From: an uncultured virus (IMG/VR IMGVR_UViG_3300025120_000032)
Taxonomy: Duplodnaviria; Heunggongvirae; Uroviricota; Caudoviricetes
Strand: one strand, 5' to 3'
IMG/VR virus record: IMGVR_UViG_3300025120_000032
Length of the DNA: 64,000 nt
This document shows, in pieces, positions 28,758 through 39,845 of the stretch. Each line of letters starts with the position of its first letter. Positions within the stretch are counted from its first letter, which is position 1. Position numbers and translations under genes: made by a program. Below the pieces are notes generated by a model. The model did no database searches. It saw only the letters and a list, made by a program, of their open reading frames with translations, and was not told where the DNA came from.

Positions 28758-31691
28758 TTATGCTTGGGCTTCGCCCCATCTTAACTGAATAGTTCCTTTC
28801 ACGTCACCTGATTTGGTGAAAGCATTAATAGCAAGAACGTCTGGACCATCTGGATATTTAAAGTCTCCACCTAAAGGAGCACCTGATAATTCTTTTAGAC
28901 CCGTAAGATCCAAATCAGTTACTAAGGCATCCGCTCTAGATGCATTAACAACGAAAGCAAAGATACGCTCTCCCGGAAGTGCATAAGTTCCACTGCTCCA
29001 CGTAATATCATCTTTCTCTGCTACTTGAGCAAATGATGGCTGTCCACCCTCATTCACAGCATTCAAAGATTTCCATGTTGCATCACTGAAGTTTCTAGGA
29101 TTAATAATACCCTGAACAACCACCTCACCAGAAGTTGACGATCCACGAGACATTCCAACTGCACATTGCTGTAGTAGGAGTTGAGACCTGTTTAGTAGTT
29201 CTTTGGCACCCAATCTTCCGACTGAAGAGTTTGATACTGAAGGAGCCAATCTAATCATGAATGACGTGATGGGTGTTGAACCAATCTTGTCACCTGATGT
29301 GTTGTGAGAGTTTGCGTAGTTAAAGATGTAACCTCTATCTGTATCAAAGCCGCCATCCATTACTAGGGCAGAACCCCAATGAGAAAGAGTTGGTGAACAA
29401 GTGTTAGATATTTCAATAATACCAGTGTTACTACTGTGACCTATCGCACCACCCGCCGTAAGGTTATTTGTATTACCTTGTAGGTATTGAGTTAATGTTG
29501 CTGAACGAGTACAGCCTGTGAAGTTTCCAGCACCGTCTGTTACGCTACGACCTGTGTATGAAATGATTTCGTTATCAATCATTAATATACCAGTATCATC
29601 AAACTCTTGTAAGTTAGCCCCCGGAATTGATGTGGCATTACTATCCACAGTGTTTGTTAGGTGCGTAATAGGCGAGTCATTCTCAATAGAGTATCTAACA
29701 GGAAGGTTACCTGATCTCATATAGGCTTCATCATTTACGTTATTGTTTTTCATCCTATGAATATACAACCATCTACCATCATCACCTCTAACCATGAAGT
29801 GAATGAAACCAGCACCATACCAAGAGTATTCAAGGCCAATCATTTGCATCTTGTTGAAGTCCCAATGATAGCCAGAACTACCTTGACCATTAGCTTTATC
29901 CATGTTCCACTTAGATTGCGGCACTCTAACCTCAGTTACTTTTTGTGCTCTTACACCAGCTTGAGTAATACCCCTATAGTCTGGTGTAATAAACATTGAA
30001 GTGTTGCTAACAATTTCAGTGACAAAGTGTGTCATACCTCTAATACATATTTTAGAACCAGCCCGAAGTTGTTCACTTAATCTAGTGTTACTTCCAGTAA
30101 CAGCACTACTATTTTGAGTTACAGATATAGTTCCTGTTACGTTTTCTGTACAAGATCTTCTGCAACAGAACATTTGATTACCATCGTATTCTATATAGAT
30201 ACCATTCTGATCATCAAACATACCCGCACGAACAGCGGAACCAACCCATCCTGTCACATTTACTTTACAAACTTCTTCCAAAACCGCTGTGGTATCTGCT
30301 AAAACTGATTTAGCGGCAACTCTAAATGTATAGTCATCCACAATAGATGATACAACGTAGGTGTCAGCATATCCAGAAGTTAGCACTCCACTAATTTTAA
30401 TATTTGCCCCCGCTTGAAGACCATGATCAATATCGTCCGTTCTAATAGTAATAGCAGAACCCACTGATGTGCCAGCGGCTGTAATACTTTGAATATCATA
30501 GTTAGGAGCAAATAGTGTTCCTGATGACCATAAGAATCCTTTACCTGACTGATACCTGAAGAATCTCTTAGACTGTCTTACAACAGCCGCCGCATAAGTA
30601 GGTGTTTTTGTAGCAAGAATAACACCACCATCCGAAGGTCTGTGTAGAATAGTTGCGTTAGAAACAGCAAACAACGTAACATTAGATGGACTTCCAACTG
30701 CCGCACCAGCTCTTGCTGAATAGGTTAGAGTTCTGAGGCTTGGTGTTGACTTAATAACAAATGGTCCAGTAGCATTAGCGGCATTAGTTCCACTAGCCAC
30801 AGTCGTGTGTATAGGACACCCCGGAATTAATCCATGAGGATTAGTAAACGTGAGGGTTATTACGCTTGGATCTGCACCATTCGATGCGATTGATGCTACT
30901 GGAATAGAAGCGTTAGCATAAACGCCGCCTTTTCTACCAATAGTTTCTTCTGTTTTCAAAGACTGTCCACCAGTTGTTCCAACCGTACCACGAGCAAAAT
31001 ATGTTACAGTAGTAGTATTTGGGACAGTATGTAATAAGAAGCTACCATCAGCACGAGAAAATCCTGCTATACCAGCACTCAATCCTGAAACGTTTACAAC
31101 GTCACCAACCACTAAGTTGTGAGCCGCTGAGAATACTATTGTGATAAGACTATTGGATGTACTAGACGTTTGATAATCTGTTGTGATAGTGCTGACTGTA
31201 ACATCAATCCCCGGCTCATCATACGTAGATGGATATCCTTTAATGGTTCCGTAACCAGCCCATTTAGTAGGCTGTAGACCATATTCAAAGTCAGCGTCAA
31301 TCAATGACTCAGGATTTGATACACGCATTCTTTCGATAGCATCTGTGCCAAACTGCCATGGTCTGATAGTCTGACCATATTCAACTTGAGGTTCTACAAA
31401 GATTTGTAAAGCATCTGATGCCGACATACCTGATGTAGTTTTACCAAGAGTAATAGTGGTAAACCCACTGGTAAGAGTGTCTACTGTAGGGAAATCTGTG
31501 TTAGTTCCCTTTGTAAATACTGCCGTAGTTCCAGCAAAGGATGCGTCACCAAAGTTGTATATAATAACATTGTCGGTTACGTTTGTTATTAGAAGGAGTG
31601 TGTCAATAGTATGCCGCCCCGGAACAACAATAGTGCCAGCACCCGCATTCCCCGGTGTAAAAACGTAATCTCTTAGTAGTATTTTCGCCAT
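28758..31691 (-). CDS. Large virion structural protein
   Basis: 977 aa, beta-rich, RMRVSNPESLIDADFEYGLQPTKW; located in the structural module. Confidence 0.7.
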   Translation of the reverse strand: MAKILLRDYVFTPGNAGAGTIVVPGRHTIDTLLLITNVTDNVIIYNFGDASFAGTTAVFTKGTNTDFPTVDTLTSGFTTITLGKTTSGMSASDALQIFVEPQVEYGQTIRPWQFGTDAIERMRVSNPESLIDADFEYGLQPTKWAGYGTIKGYPSTYDEPGIDVTVSTITTDYQTSSTSNSLITIVFSAAHNLVVGDVVNVSGLSAGIAGFSRADGSFLLHTVPNTTTVTYFARGTVGTTGGQSLKTEETIGRKGGVYANASIPVASIASNGADPSVITLTFTNPHGLIPGCPIHTTVASGTNAANATGPFVIKSTPSLRTLTYSARAGAAVGSPSNVTLFAVSNATILHRPSDGGVILATKTPTYAAAVVRQSKRFFRYQSGKGFLWSSGTLFAPNYDIQSITAAGTSVGSAITIRTDDIDHGLQAGANIKISGVLTSGYADTYVVSSIVDDYTFRVAAKSVLADTTAVLEEVCKVNVTGWVGSAVRAGMFDDQNGIYIEYDGNQMFCCRRSCTENVTGTISVTQNSSAVTGSNTRLSEQLRAGSKICIRGMTHFVTEIVSNTSMFITPDYRGITQAGVRAQKVTEVRVPQSKWNMDKANGQGSSGYHWDFNKMQMIGLEYSWYGAGFIHFMVRGDDGRWLYIHRMKNNNVNDEAYMRSGNLPVRYSIENDSPITHLTNTVDSNATSIPGANLQEFDDTGILMIDNEIISYTGRSVTDGAGNFTGCTRSATLTQYLQGNTNNLTAGGAIGHSSNTGIIEISNTCSPTLSHWGSALVMDGGFDTDRGYIFNYANSHNTSGDKIGSTPITSFMIRLAPSVSNSSVGRLGAKELLNRSQLLLQQCAVGMSRGSSTSGEVVVQGIINPRNFSDATWKSLNAVNEGGQPSFAQVAEKDDITWSSGTYALPGERIFAFVVNASRADALVTDLDLTGLKELSGAPLGGDFKYPDGPDVLAINAFTKSGDVKGTIQLRWGEAQA

Positions 31692-31700
31692 TTTATTTTC

Positions 31701-33626
31701 CTATCCTAACGCAACTGCGAATGCTATCGATTGACTTTGTGTACTAAATGTTGCAACATCCGCTGAATCACCCTTGTCACCTTTTTGGCCTCTTTGACCA
31801 ATAGACGAATATAGTTGCCAGTTATTATTTATATGTATCAATTCTATAATAGATTGACCTAAATCGAGTTCAAAATTATCCGCAAATCCCTCAATAGTTT
31901 CTCCGTTTCTATTAACGATAACAGAGTTAGTAGAGTAGTTCGCAACGTCTATGAGTCTCACATAATCTCCTGTTACGGGATTTTGTGGAAGGGTTACATT
32001 AACTACTCTTGAAGAAGTATCGATTGCATATCTTCCAGCCGATACCGCCGTAAAATCAGATTCGTATATTGTATAGTTCGTAGAGAATACTCTAAAGTCA
32101 GAGTCAAATCCTAAGTAACTTCCTCTGAGTTTTCCGAAGTTCCAAGTTCCAAGTTGAAATCCATCACCACTAGTATTGATAACTGAATCTGGAACAGAGG
32201 AATCTAAACCATCTTGAATTAGATTTGTGAATGTTGTCCACTCACCACTGGTAGCATCTCTGAAGAAACCAGCCCTTCTCTTTGGACCAGCCGCTGAGTC
32301 TCTGTATCTACCCACAACCCCGATATCAACAGCATCGCCATTGTTCGAGTCTGCAAGTTTGATTAGAGCGTTTGTAACTCTAAGGTCAGTTGTGGTGTTA
32401 AGAATATAATCGCCACCAACTGTGAGGTTTGCTCCAACTACCAAATTTCCTGAAGTATTAAGAGTTGCAAATGTAGGGGTTGCTGATGTGCCAACATCTT
32501 GTCCAATGGCAACAGAACCATTAGTAATAGTGACACCAGTTCCATTACTGAAGTGTGCTCTTACTTCACCAGCATTGGGGCCAGTGTATGTTATAACTCC
32601 TGTGGTAGAATTGTAAGCTAAACCACCATCGCCACCACCATCAGTAACTGATATAGCGTTTTTAGCGTCACTGTCTGCCCTAGCAGTTGTATAATAAAGA
32701 TTAGAACCTTCAGACACATCTGATGTTAAGATAGATGCATTGATGTAAGAGTCTACTCTTGCACTTGTATAGTAAAGGTTTGACCCTTCGCTTAAGTCTG
32801 TTGTAGATCTTGCACTAAGAGACGCCGCTGATAGAGTACCAAATAATGAACCTGTGGCAGTGACATTACCCGCCGCAATTATATCTTGACCTCTGATATT
32901 CTTATCAACACCAAGGCCACCTGAGATCATGAAAGCTGCATTAGTTTTTGATGCCGCTTCAGTTCCACTATGAATAGTAAATCTACCGTCTGTAGACATA
33001 GTAAGACGATCTGTCCCACCAGTTAAATTAAATGGAGCTTTTCCCACACCACTTTTTATTTTAAGTTCAGTGTTAGCCCCTTCAAATCCAATAACCATAT
33101 CGTTATCAGCGGATGTTCCTATAACACCAATACCATGATTAAACTGTCCACTAACTCCTAAACTTAATACGGCTGATCTACTCGAATCACTGGACGCAAA
33201 GTTTAATACAGATTGCGTTGAATCTCCTAACAGCCCATCATCGTTAAATGATATGCCACCATACTGAAGACCAAACATTTTAGATGAGTCTATAATAGGA
33301 TCTACAAGAGTTTTATTAGTAAGTGTTTGAGTTGAAGTTAACCTAACATACTCAGGAGTTCTTAAGGTGATATAAGCAGAGTCTACTAATGCAGTTGCGT
33401 CTGTGTTGACTCTACCAGTAGTATAGTATAGATTACTACCTTCTGATAAACCACCAGTGTTATGATTGGATAGAGTGGATACTTGACCAGTGACGTTACC
33501 AACAACACCGCCCGTAGCAGTAATGGCACCCACAACTGTTGCGCCACTGCGAACACGTAGGTTATTAATATTTGCACTATCAGTTACAAATAAACCGTTC
33601 TTAACTTTAAAATCTTTTTCTGCCAT
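31701..33626 (-). CDS. Tail-fibre-like protein
   Basis: Three SEGSNLYYT repeats; C-terminal VTLP..P..GD.V..ID module and a short collagen-like GQRGQKGDKGD. Confidence 0.75.
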   Translation of the reverse strand: MAEKDFKVKNGLFVTDSANINNLRVRSGATVVGAITATGGVVGNVTGQVSTLSNHNTGGLSEGSNLYYTTGRVNTDATALVDSAYITLRTPEYVRLTSTQTLTNKTLVDPIIDSSKMFGLQYGGISFNDDGLLGDSTQSVLNFASSDSSRSAVLSLGVSGQFNHGIGVIGTSADNDMVIGFEGANTELKIKSGVGKAPFNLTGGTDRLTMSTDGRFTIHSGTEAASKTNAAFMISGGLGVDKNIRGQDIIAAGNVTATGSLFGTLSAASLSARSTTDLSEGSNLYYTSARVDSYINASILTSDVSEGSNLYYTTARADSDAKNAISVTDGGGDGGLAYNSTTGVITYTGPNAGEVRAHFSNGTGVTITNGSVAIGQDVGTSATPTFATLNTSGNLVVGANLTVGGDYILNTTTDLRVTNALIKLADSNNGDAVDIGVVGRYRDSAAGPKRRAGFFRDATSGEWTTFTNLIQDGLDSSVPDSVINTSGDGFQLGTWNFGKLRGSYLGFDSDFRVFSTNYTIYESDFTAVSAGRYAIDTSSRVVNVTLPQNPVTGDYVRLIDVANYSTNSVIVNRNGETIEGFADNFELDLGQSIIELIHINNNWQLYSSIGQRGQKGDKGDSADVATFSTQSQSIAFAVALG

Positions 33627-33656
33627 AGTTCACTTTCCCCAAGGCGTTACTTGTAT

Positions 33657-36600
33657 TTATGATATTACAGTTTTCACTGGCTTCACTTTTATATTACCCA
33701 TTCCAGTTGATCTTGTAAATATTAGTCTAATATCAGCACCAACAACATCAGCGGTTAAAGTTCCAATGTCACTGTCATTTGAGAACGAACTTGTCATGCC
33801 ATACTCTGTATAGAACACATTCGTTTTATTATATGTTAGTAACAACTTTGATAGTTGAACATTCCCACCAGCACTGTCATCCATATGAACAAGATACTCT
33901 ATAGACTTAAAGTCGCTATCGTGTGTCTCGGTATCAATAACTGTAGCCGAACCATCTACTATAGAAATGTCGGTGGGCTTAGTGAACAATTCACCGCTAG
34001 TATTTGTTACTTTACTAAACACTGCGCTATAGGCAGAGTCCATATCAACTTTACCGTTGGTGATCCCAATACCATTGCCACCAGTAAAGTGTGCTCTAGT
34101 TTCAGTTGCCGAAGCTCCCGTGTAGGTGAACGTTCCTGAAGCAGAGTCATAAGCAAAGCTTCCATCTCCACCAGCATCAACGGCTCTTACAGATTCTCTG
34201 GTTCTAGACTTAGTGTAATCTGAGTCGAAGAGAGTGGTTGGGAAAGATCCCCCATCCGCTGTGTTTATCGTGAAGATACCTTTATCACTATCAAATGATG
34301 TTGAGGATACTCCAGCAACAGATACTGTAGAAGCAGAGGTAACTTGTCCTTGAGCATTGATTGCTAGGACAGGAACTAAAGAAGCAGAACCATAACTAGC
34401 CGCTGTTACGCCAGTATTGGTTATGCTTAGAGTATTACTATCAGCCGCATAAGATATTCCTGTTCCACCTATCGCCGCCGCATCTAATGTTGTATTGAAG
34501 TCGCTATCAAAGTTACCTTGAGTGTAGACATTTTCAACATCAAAACTAAACACACCAGTAGAAGAGTTATATGATAAGTCTCCACTTGCGCTAAGATGTG
34601 CTCTGACTTCTGCCGCACTTGGACCCGTGTATGTGAATGTGCCTGAGGCAGAGTCATAAGCGAAACTACCGTCACCGCCAGCATCAACTGATCTAATAGA
34701 TTCTCTGGTTCTAGACTTTGTAAGATCACTGTCAAGAATAGTAGTTGCGAATGAATTACCATCCGCTGTGTTTATTGTAAATATTCCTGTGGCTTCAACG
34801 AAAGCGGCACTCGACACGCCAGCAACAGATATCGTTCCTATAGAGTCTACTTGTCCTTGAGCATTTATTTTAACTTGAGGTACTAGAGATGCAGATCCAT
34901 ACGTGCCAGCAACTACTGTAGTGTTGGTAAGAGTTACTTCACCACTACCACTATTATAGGTGATGCCTGTGCCACCTGAGAAATGAGCACGTACTTCAGC
35001 GGCACTTGGTCCTGTGTAAGTTATAACACCATTTACTGGATTATATGTTAGAGACCCATCTCCACCAGTGTCAGTTACTGATATAGCGTTTTTAGCGGCA
35101 GAATCTGCTCTTGATGTTAAATAGTATTTGTTAGTACCTTCTGATAGATTAGTTGTACTAAAGTTAACTAAATGATTTCTAGTCGAACCTAATGGCTTAT
35201 TAAGATCCCAAGTGTCTGAAGTAGCATTATATTGTATGAGAGCATTAGATCCTGTTACAGTAATACCAGAACCATTAGAGGCGGCACTATCAACCGCACT
35301 ATCTGCTAATATAATATTTTTATCATTGATGGATAATGCTGTTGAGTTTATAGTTGTCTGAACACCATCTACTTGAAGGTTACCAGCAATAACAACCTTA
35401 CCAGTATTGTCTCCAACACCAGCGGGATCAATAACAAGTGTGGCTGGACCAGCAATATAGCCAGTTGTAGTTATGTTTCCATATGTTCTATCACCAGAAA
35501 TGAATTCACTAGTCCCAGAGTCGTTACGTGCAGTTGTATAGTATAGATTCGATCCTTCAGTTAAATCAGTGGTGGTATTAGAAGTCATTGCAAATTTAAC
35601 TACGACACCATTACTATCTAATACTCTTAACTGACTATTATGGTCTTCTAATCTTACGCCACCAAGATAAAGTGTTTTACCAGATAAATATAGTTCTTTC
35701 CATTTATTGGTGGGAGATCCTAAATCATATGCACTATCTGCACTTGGTATTATGTTACTTCCAATACTAGGCAGAGATGCAGTATTAGTTTCGTCTATAA
35801 GTTTTAACCAATTTCCACCATGAGCATAATACGCTCTTTGTGTTCCATGAACATGAGCAAACATTCCATGATAACTACTTGCTGAAGGTAAGTCACCCTC
35901 ACTAGAATACACGTTGGAGTAAAGTATTTTACCTGTTCCAGCATCTATGTTGCCAGTAATAGTGAGCCCGGTAGATGTTGTTTCAAGTTTTTTGTTCGCA
36001 TCGTGAAATAGAGCAATAGATGCACCATTAACAGTTTGTGTGGTTTCTAGCACCTGTTTATTATTTTTACTTATTATCGCAAGATTGGTAGATTGTAGTA
36101 GAATTCGGTTTGAAGAATCTGTTGAAAATAAAACTGTGTCTGAAACATTTGGAATGTCTTGACCAGTATCTGGATCTACACGAGTTTTACTTTGTAGTTT
36201 TGCTGACTCAAGACCACCAGCACCTAATGTACTAGTTAAGGTTTCGGTCACGACATTAGCACTTAGGGCGGCTCTAACTCTTACATCAGTGTAGTATAGA
36301 TTACCAGAACTTTCAACAAGATCATTTGTGCTAAAAGCTTTTAAGCCAATACGAGTATTAAATGTGCCACCATCTGCCGTTCCAATACTAACTGTAGCAT
36401 TATTGGAGTCAAATACTAATGTTGACACGCCAGCAACAGAGACAGTGCCTATGCTATCAATATGGCCTAGATCGTTTACTGATATTGTTGGCACTAGGGA
36501 AGCACTACCATATGCTCCAGAAGTAACACCTGAGTTAGTATGAACTACTTGACCTGTTGCTGAGTTATAAGATAACCCAACATCTGCACTTATTAGGTTT

Positions 36601-36806
36601 CTACCATCACTATCGAAGTTTCTATGAATATACTTTTGAGTTGCTGAGTCAAATCTAAGATACGAACCGCCAGCGAGACCAGTTATACCATTCACATCAT
36701 CAAGAGTAGTAATACGTCCTGTGGAAACCTGTCCTATTCTGTTGGGAGTTCCAACAGTTATTTTCTTAACAATCGTTGTCCCGGCTGATACGATGCGAAT
36801 AGCCAT
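33657..36806 (-). CDS. Long tail-fibre-like protein with internal repeats
   Basis: 1049 aa; repeated YGSASLVP..I..QG...SVAGVS and GGDGS..Y....G..TYTG.SA.E.RAH modules. Confidence 0.78.
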   Translation of the reverse strand: MAIRIVSAGTTIVKKITVGTPNRIGQVSTGRITTLDDVNGITGLAGGSYLRFDSATQKYIHRNFDSDGRNLISADVGLSYNSATGQVVHTNSGVTSGAYGSASLVPTISVNDLGHIDSIGTVSVAGVSTLVFDSNNATVSIGTADGGTFNTRIGLKAFSTNDLVESSGNLYYTDVRVRAALSANVVTETLTSTLGAGGLESAKLQSKTRVDPDTGQDIPNVSDTVLFSTDSSNRILLQSTNLAIISKNNKQVLETTQTVNGASIALFHDANKKLETTSTGLTITGNIDAGTGKILYSNVYSSEGDLPSASSYHGMFAHVHGTQRAYYAHGGNWLKLIDETNTASLPSIGSNIIPSADSAYDLGSPTNKWKELYLSGKTLYLGGVRLEDHNSQLRVLDSNGVVVKFAMTSNTTTDLTEGSNLYYTTARNDSGTSEFISGDRTYGNITTTGYIAGPATLVIDPAGVGDNTGKVVIAGNLQVDGVQTTINSTALSINDKNIILADSAVDSAASNGSGITVTGSNALIQYNATSDTWDLNKPLGSTRNHLVNFSTTNLSEGTNKYYLTSRADSAAKNAISVTDTGGDGSLTYNPVNGVITYTGPSAAEVRAHFSGGTGITYNSGSGEVTLTNTTVVAGTYGSASLVPQVKINAQGQVDSIGTISVAGVSSAAFVEATGIFTINTADGNSFATTILDSDLTKSRTRESIRSVDAGGDGSFAYDSASGTFTYTGPSAAEVRAHLSASGDLSYNSSTGVFSFDVENVYTQGNFDSDFNTTLDAAAIGGTGISYAADSNTLSITNTGVTAASYGSASLVPVLAINAQGQVTSASTVSVAGVSSTSFDSDKGIFTINTADGGSFPTTLFDSDYTKSRTRESVRAVDAGGDGSFAYDSASGTFTYTGASATETRAHFTGGNGIGITNGKVDMDSAYSAVFSKVTNTSGELFTKPTDISIVDGSATVIDTETHDSDFKSIEYLVHMDDSAGGNVQLSKLLLTYNKTNVFYTEYGMTSSFSNDSDIGTLTADVVGADIRLIFTRSTGMGNIKVKPVKTVIS
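34090..34907. repeat. Internal ~310-bp diverged duplication in the fibre gene (units about 34090-34400 and 34597-34907)
   Basis: Near-identical peptide GIFTINTADG.SF.TT..DSD.TKSRTRES.R.VDAGGDGSFAYDSASGTFTYTG occurs twice, 507 nt apart. Confidence 0.8.
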
Positions 36807-36816
36807 TAAGGTCTCC

Positions 36817-37173
36817 TTAGTTTCTGGTGACCGAAGGCGATACGGTGATCTGTCCTTCTAATATTCTTTCAACAAGAGTGTTTGAAGCACTATCGTTAGA
36901 GGAGATCTCTACGTCATAAACATAACGACCAGATTTCATCGCACTGGTCTGAGCATTAGTTAACTGTAAATTTAATATACCATTACTTGCTGGTGAAGGT
37001 ATTCCTACAGTAAACGTAACTGCATCTGAATCACTTGATGAGTAAGTTTTACGGATTTGCCCTTTACCAGTATACCCAGACAAGGATTTCTTTGCTTGAT
37101 TTTTATCGACTAGCTCTAGCTGTATACTAAAGTCTGCGCCTTGATTTAGTGTGAAATCTTCGTACTGCGACAT
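36817..37173 (-). CDS. Small virion structural protein
   Basis: QGADFS...GRYVYDVEI...RILEGQITVSPSVT; late promoter upstream. Confidence 0.7.
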   Translation of the reverse strand: MSQYEDFTLNQGADFSIQLELVDKNQAKKSLSGYTGKGQIRKTYSSSDSDAVTFTVGIPSPASNGILNLQLTNAQTSAMKSGRYVYDVEISSNDSASNTLVERILEGQITVSPSVTRN

Positions 37174-37207
37174 ATGTAAATCTCTTATTTATTTTCAACT
37201 TTACCTT

Positions 37208-37215
37208 TATTTATA
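37208..37215 (-). promoter_or_regulatory. T4-type late promoter
   Basis: TATAAATA overlapping the stop codon of the glycosyltransferase gene. Confidence 0.7.
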
Positions 37216-37906
37216 AGAAATATTTCTCTAAACTTTTATAATGTTGGTCTTCACACTGAGATAAAATACATATTGTTCTATCAGGATCGTAGTTAAACAA
37301 GTTATCATCTAACTTATCTTCAGACAACCAACCCTTCGCCCTATGATAGTAGTCACGTTTGAAATCAAAACAAGACAGGTTGCTGTATTCATGAGTAATG
37401 AACCTGTCTAATCCATAGTAGTGTATGATATTATAATCAATATTATCTATAAACTTATCGTATATTTCTTTATGTTGCTTGGTATATAACAACATTATAG
37501 ATGTATTTATGTTAGTTGTGGGGATAGTTAAAATGTTATCAGGTGAGCCATCATAAGGATAATCCTCGCCAATATCTTCACCATTGATAATTCTAAGCGT
37601 ATCATCAATGTCATCAAACATATAATCTATGTTGTTTTGTATCACAACATCTAAGTCAAGATACAACGTTGGGTCATCAAAGTCAAGATTAAAAAGTTCT
37701 ATTTTCCACCAATAAGTTTCTAAGTCTAGACTCTTATCAATAAAAATAGTATTGACTTCTTGCTGAACATCTGATATACAATAAAAAGAAAATGGTAGAG
37801 TACAGTTTCGCTCTACCATTCTGTGTAATCTATTAACGTGTTCTTTAGTATACTTTGTTCCTACACATACACATACTATATTAACTTTCTGTTTCAAGAT
37901 CCTCAA
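37211..37906 (-). CDS. Glycosyltransferase-like (GT-A fold)
   Basis: IVCVCVGTKY, FYCISD, WWKIELF, LYLDLDVVI (DxD), INTSIM. Confidence 0.75.
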   Translation of the reverse strand: MRILKQKVNIVCVCVGTKYTKEHVNRLHRMVERNCTLPFSFYCISDVQQEVNTIFIDKSLDLETYWWKIELFNLDFDDPTLYLDLDVVIQNNIDYMFDDIDDTLRIINGEDIGEDYPYDGSPDNILTIPTTNINTSIMLLYTKQHKEIYDKFIDNIDYNIIHYYGLDRFITHEYSNLSCFDFKRDYYHRAKGWLSEDKLDDNLFNYDPDRTICILSQCEDQHYKSLEKYFL

Positions 37907-38564
37907 TCACCTCTTCCCAAAATGCATCAGCCTCTGCAAAAATAAATGATACAGTAATACGGTAACAGTCTGTATAAGCGGCATGATAACATAGGCTATC
38001 TGGAGTATGATACTCACCAAAGTAACTCATCTTTGCTTGCCAGCCTTTCTTATCTTGAACTCTAATACGTTCTTTCTTTTCAGTATCCCAATAGTCGAAC
38101 CATCCTTCACCTGTTTCTGAATAGGTTATAATGATGTTAAAGCCTGAAGCATTAGCATTATTGTGCCAAGAGATAAATCCTTTTGGTGGATAGCAAGCAT
38201 TAAGGGCATTATTTCTACAAGAAAGAAACGCAATAAGTTTTGAATTTAAAGTTGACGTAGCGTCTTTAATAATCTTTCCATCTTTATGATGTCCATCAGT
38301 ATGTTTAATCCCCATAAACCCTTTTAACACTACTGGAAATCCATCGTGCCTATCACCCATAGACATAATCTCTTTCAGATACTGATCTGAAACATAGTCT
38401 TCAGATTTACTATCTTCATTACTGATGCGAAGTTCTTTTGCAATCAGTGGATCATCATCAGGCTGATCTCTCTTAAGCAAGACATCTTTATATTCATCTA
38501 ATATATCTAAAAACTCTTTATTTTTTAGATCAATATCTCTCATGTAGTTGTGTTTAATGTTCAT
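37881..38564 (-). CDS. Putative cupin/2OG-type oxygenase-like protein
   Basis: YPPKGFISWHNN...CYHAAYTDCYRITVSF. Start placed at the TAATG overlap (38564). Confidence 0.5.
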   Translation of the reverse strand: MNIKHNYMRDIDLKNKEFLDILDEYKDVLLKRDQPDDDPLIAKELRISNEDSKSEDYVSDQYLKEIMSMGDRHDGFPVVLKGFMGIKHTDGHHKDGKIIKDATSTLNSKLIAFLSCRNNALNACYPPKGFISWHNNANASGFNIIITYSETGEGWFDYWDTEKKERIRVQDKKGWQAKMSYFGEYHTPDSLCYHAAYTDCYRITVSFIFAEADAFWEEVIEDLETES

Positions 38565-39403
38565 TATAAAAACCCTTTTTCTCCATATTTGTCCATCCAA
38601 CTTGAATAGTGTATTACTACGGGGGCTGGATCTGTCTTCCAATAATCTCTTTTAGAATCTACCCTATGACAGTTATAACCACCTTCTATAGGAAACCCAA
38701 ATGAAGTGAAGTAGTTCCAACGATAGTTATCGTCAAAGAACTTCCACTTAAGAGATTTATATTTGGGCGAATGATAAATCAGCCACCACAAAGTAAGCTG
38801 ATCCCATTCTCTAAAGTTTCCTACTTTAATATTATCAAATTCTTTAGGTGTCCAGAAACCACCTCTTTGTTCTAAATACAAGTTGTACCAATCCATCATA
38901 AACTGGTTTATTAATGGGTTTCTAGTATCATATAACGCAACACCACCGCAATGAGCAAGATGATCTGGAGCACCTTTATATCCATCATCAAAAATATTTG
39001 GCCCCCAATCCCAATCAGCAAAATGCTTTGCACCTTCTTTTGTGAGATTAACATAAGCCATATCATACTTACCATCCTCAAGATGATCGAATACGCTAGA
39101 GATTTCTTTGCTAATGATTTCTACATCAGCATCCATATAGAAAGTTAAATCATAGGGAGAGTTAGCCATTCCCCACATTTTTTCTCTATTAGTATTATTA
39201 GGAGTAGGTAAAACGTGATCGAAATCTCTGAAATACTTTTGACATTCAGGATCATCTATAAAATGTTGTTCAGTAAAAAGAGTAATTTTTGCTTCTGGAT
39301 AATGATCTAGAATAGATTCTTTTACATTATCGGCACCCATTAAAAACTGTTTGCGTTTAGTCGCTACAATTAAAAATCCTTTAGTCGGATTTTTCTTCTT
39401 CAT
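38564..39403 (-). CDS. Glycosyltransferase-like (GT-A fold)
   Basis: KMWGMANSPYDLTFYMDAD (DxD), GGVALY, WDQLTLW, RWNY, VIHYS. Confidence 0.72.
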   Translation of the reverse strand: MKKKNPTKGFLIVATKRKQFLMGADNVKESILDHYPEAKITLFTEQHFIDDPECQKYFRDFDHVLPTPNNTNREKMWGMANSPYDLTFYMDADVEIISKEISSVFDHLEDGKYDMAYVNLTKEGAKHFADWDWGPNIFDDGYKGAPDHLAHCGGVALYDTRNPLINQFMMDWYNLYLEQRGGFWTPKEFDNIKVGNFREWDQLTLWWLIYHSPKYKSLKWKFFDDNYRWNYFTSFGFPIEGGYNCHRVDSKRDYWKTDPAPVVIHYSSWMDKYGEKGFL

Positions 39404-39833
39404 TCATAATCTCCATTAATAATATAGTAGCATATGCTTGCATTTCAATAGCATTTTTAGCTTTTCTAATTTTAGATTTCAGTGTGCGATTAGTAGATTC
39501 TTTTATCTGAGGAATTTCAAAAGTCTGTAATTTAAAATTAAATAAATCTTCAAGTCTTTTAGACTCATTTTTTTCTGCTTGTTTTTTAATATTACTTTCA
39601 CGTTCTTGCTTATGACGATCCAAACGTTCTTGAGTAAATTCATCAATTTTAGTCATAGTATTCTGTTTTAAAATTTCTTCATAGTCTGAAGTTATTTTTC
39701 CATCAGCATCAAACTTAGAAACTTTAGCAACACTTGTTGAATAAGAACCATCATCATGTGTGATATTCAATCTAACAGTTAACCTGTCTTTTGCGGCGTT
39801 TTCCCAAAATGGATGTACCCATTCTTTTTTCAT
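39381..39833 (-). CDS. Hypothetical protein (possible chaperone or adaptor)
   Basis: 150-aa helical ORF between the repeat protein and the GT genes. Confidence 0.65.
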   Translation of the reverse strand: MKKEWVHPFWENAAKDRLTVRLNITHDDGSYSTSVAKVSKFDADGKITSDYEEILKQNTMTKIDEFTQERLDRHKQERESNIKKQAEKNESKRLEDLFNFKLQTFEIPQIKESTNRTLKSKIRKAKNAIEMQAYATILLMEIMNEEEKSD

Positions 39834-39845
39834 TATATTAATCTC

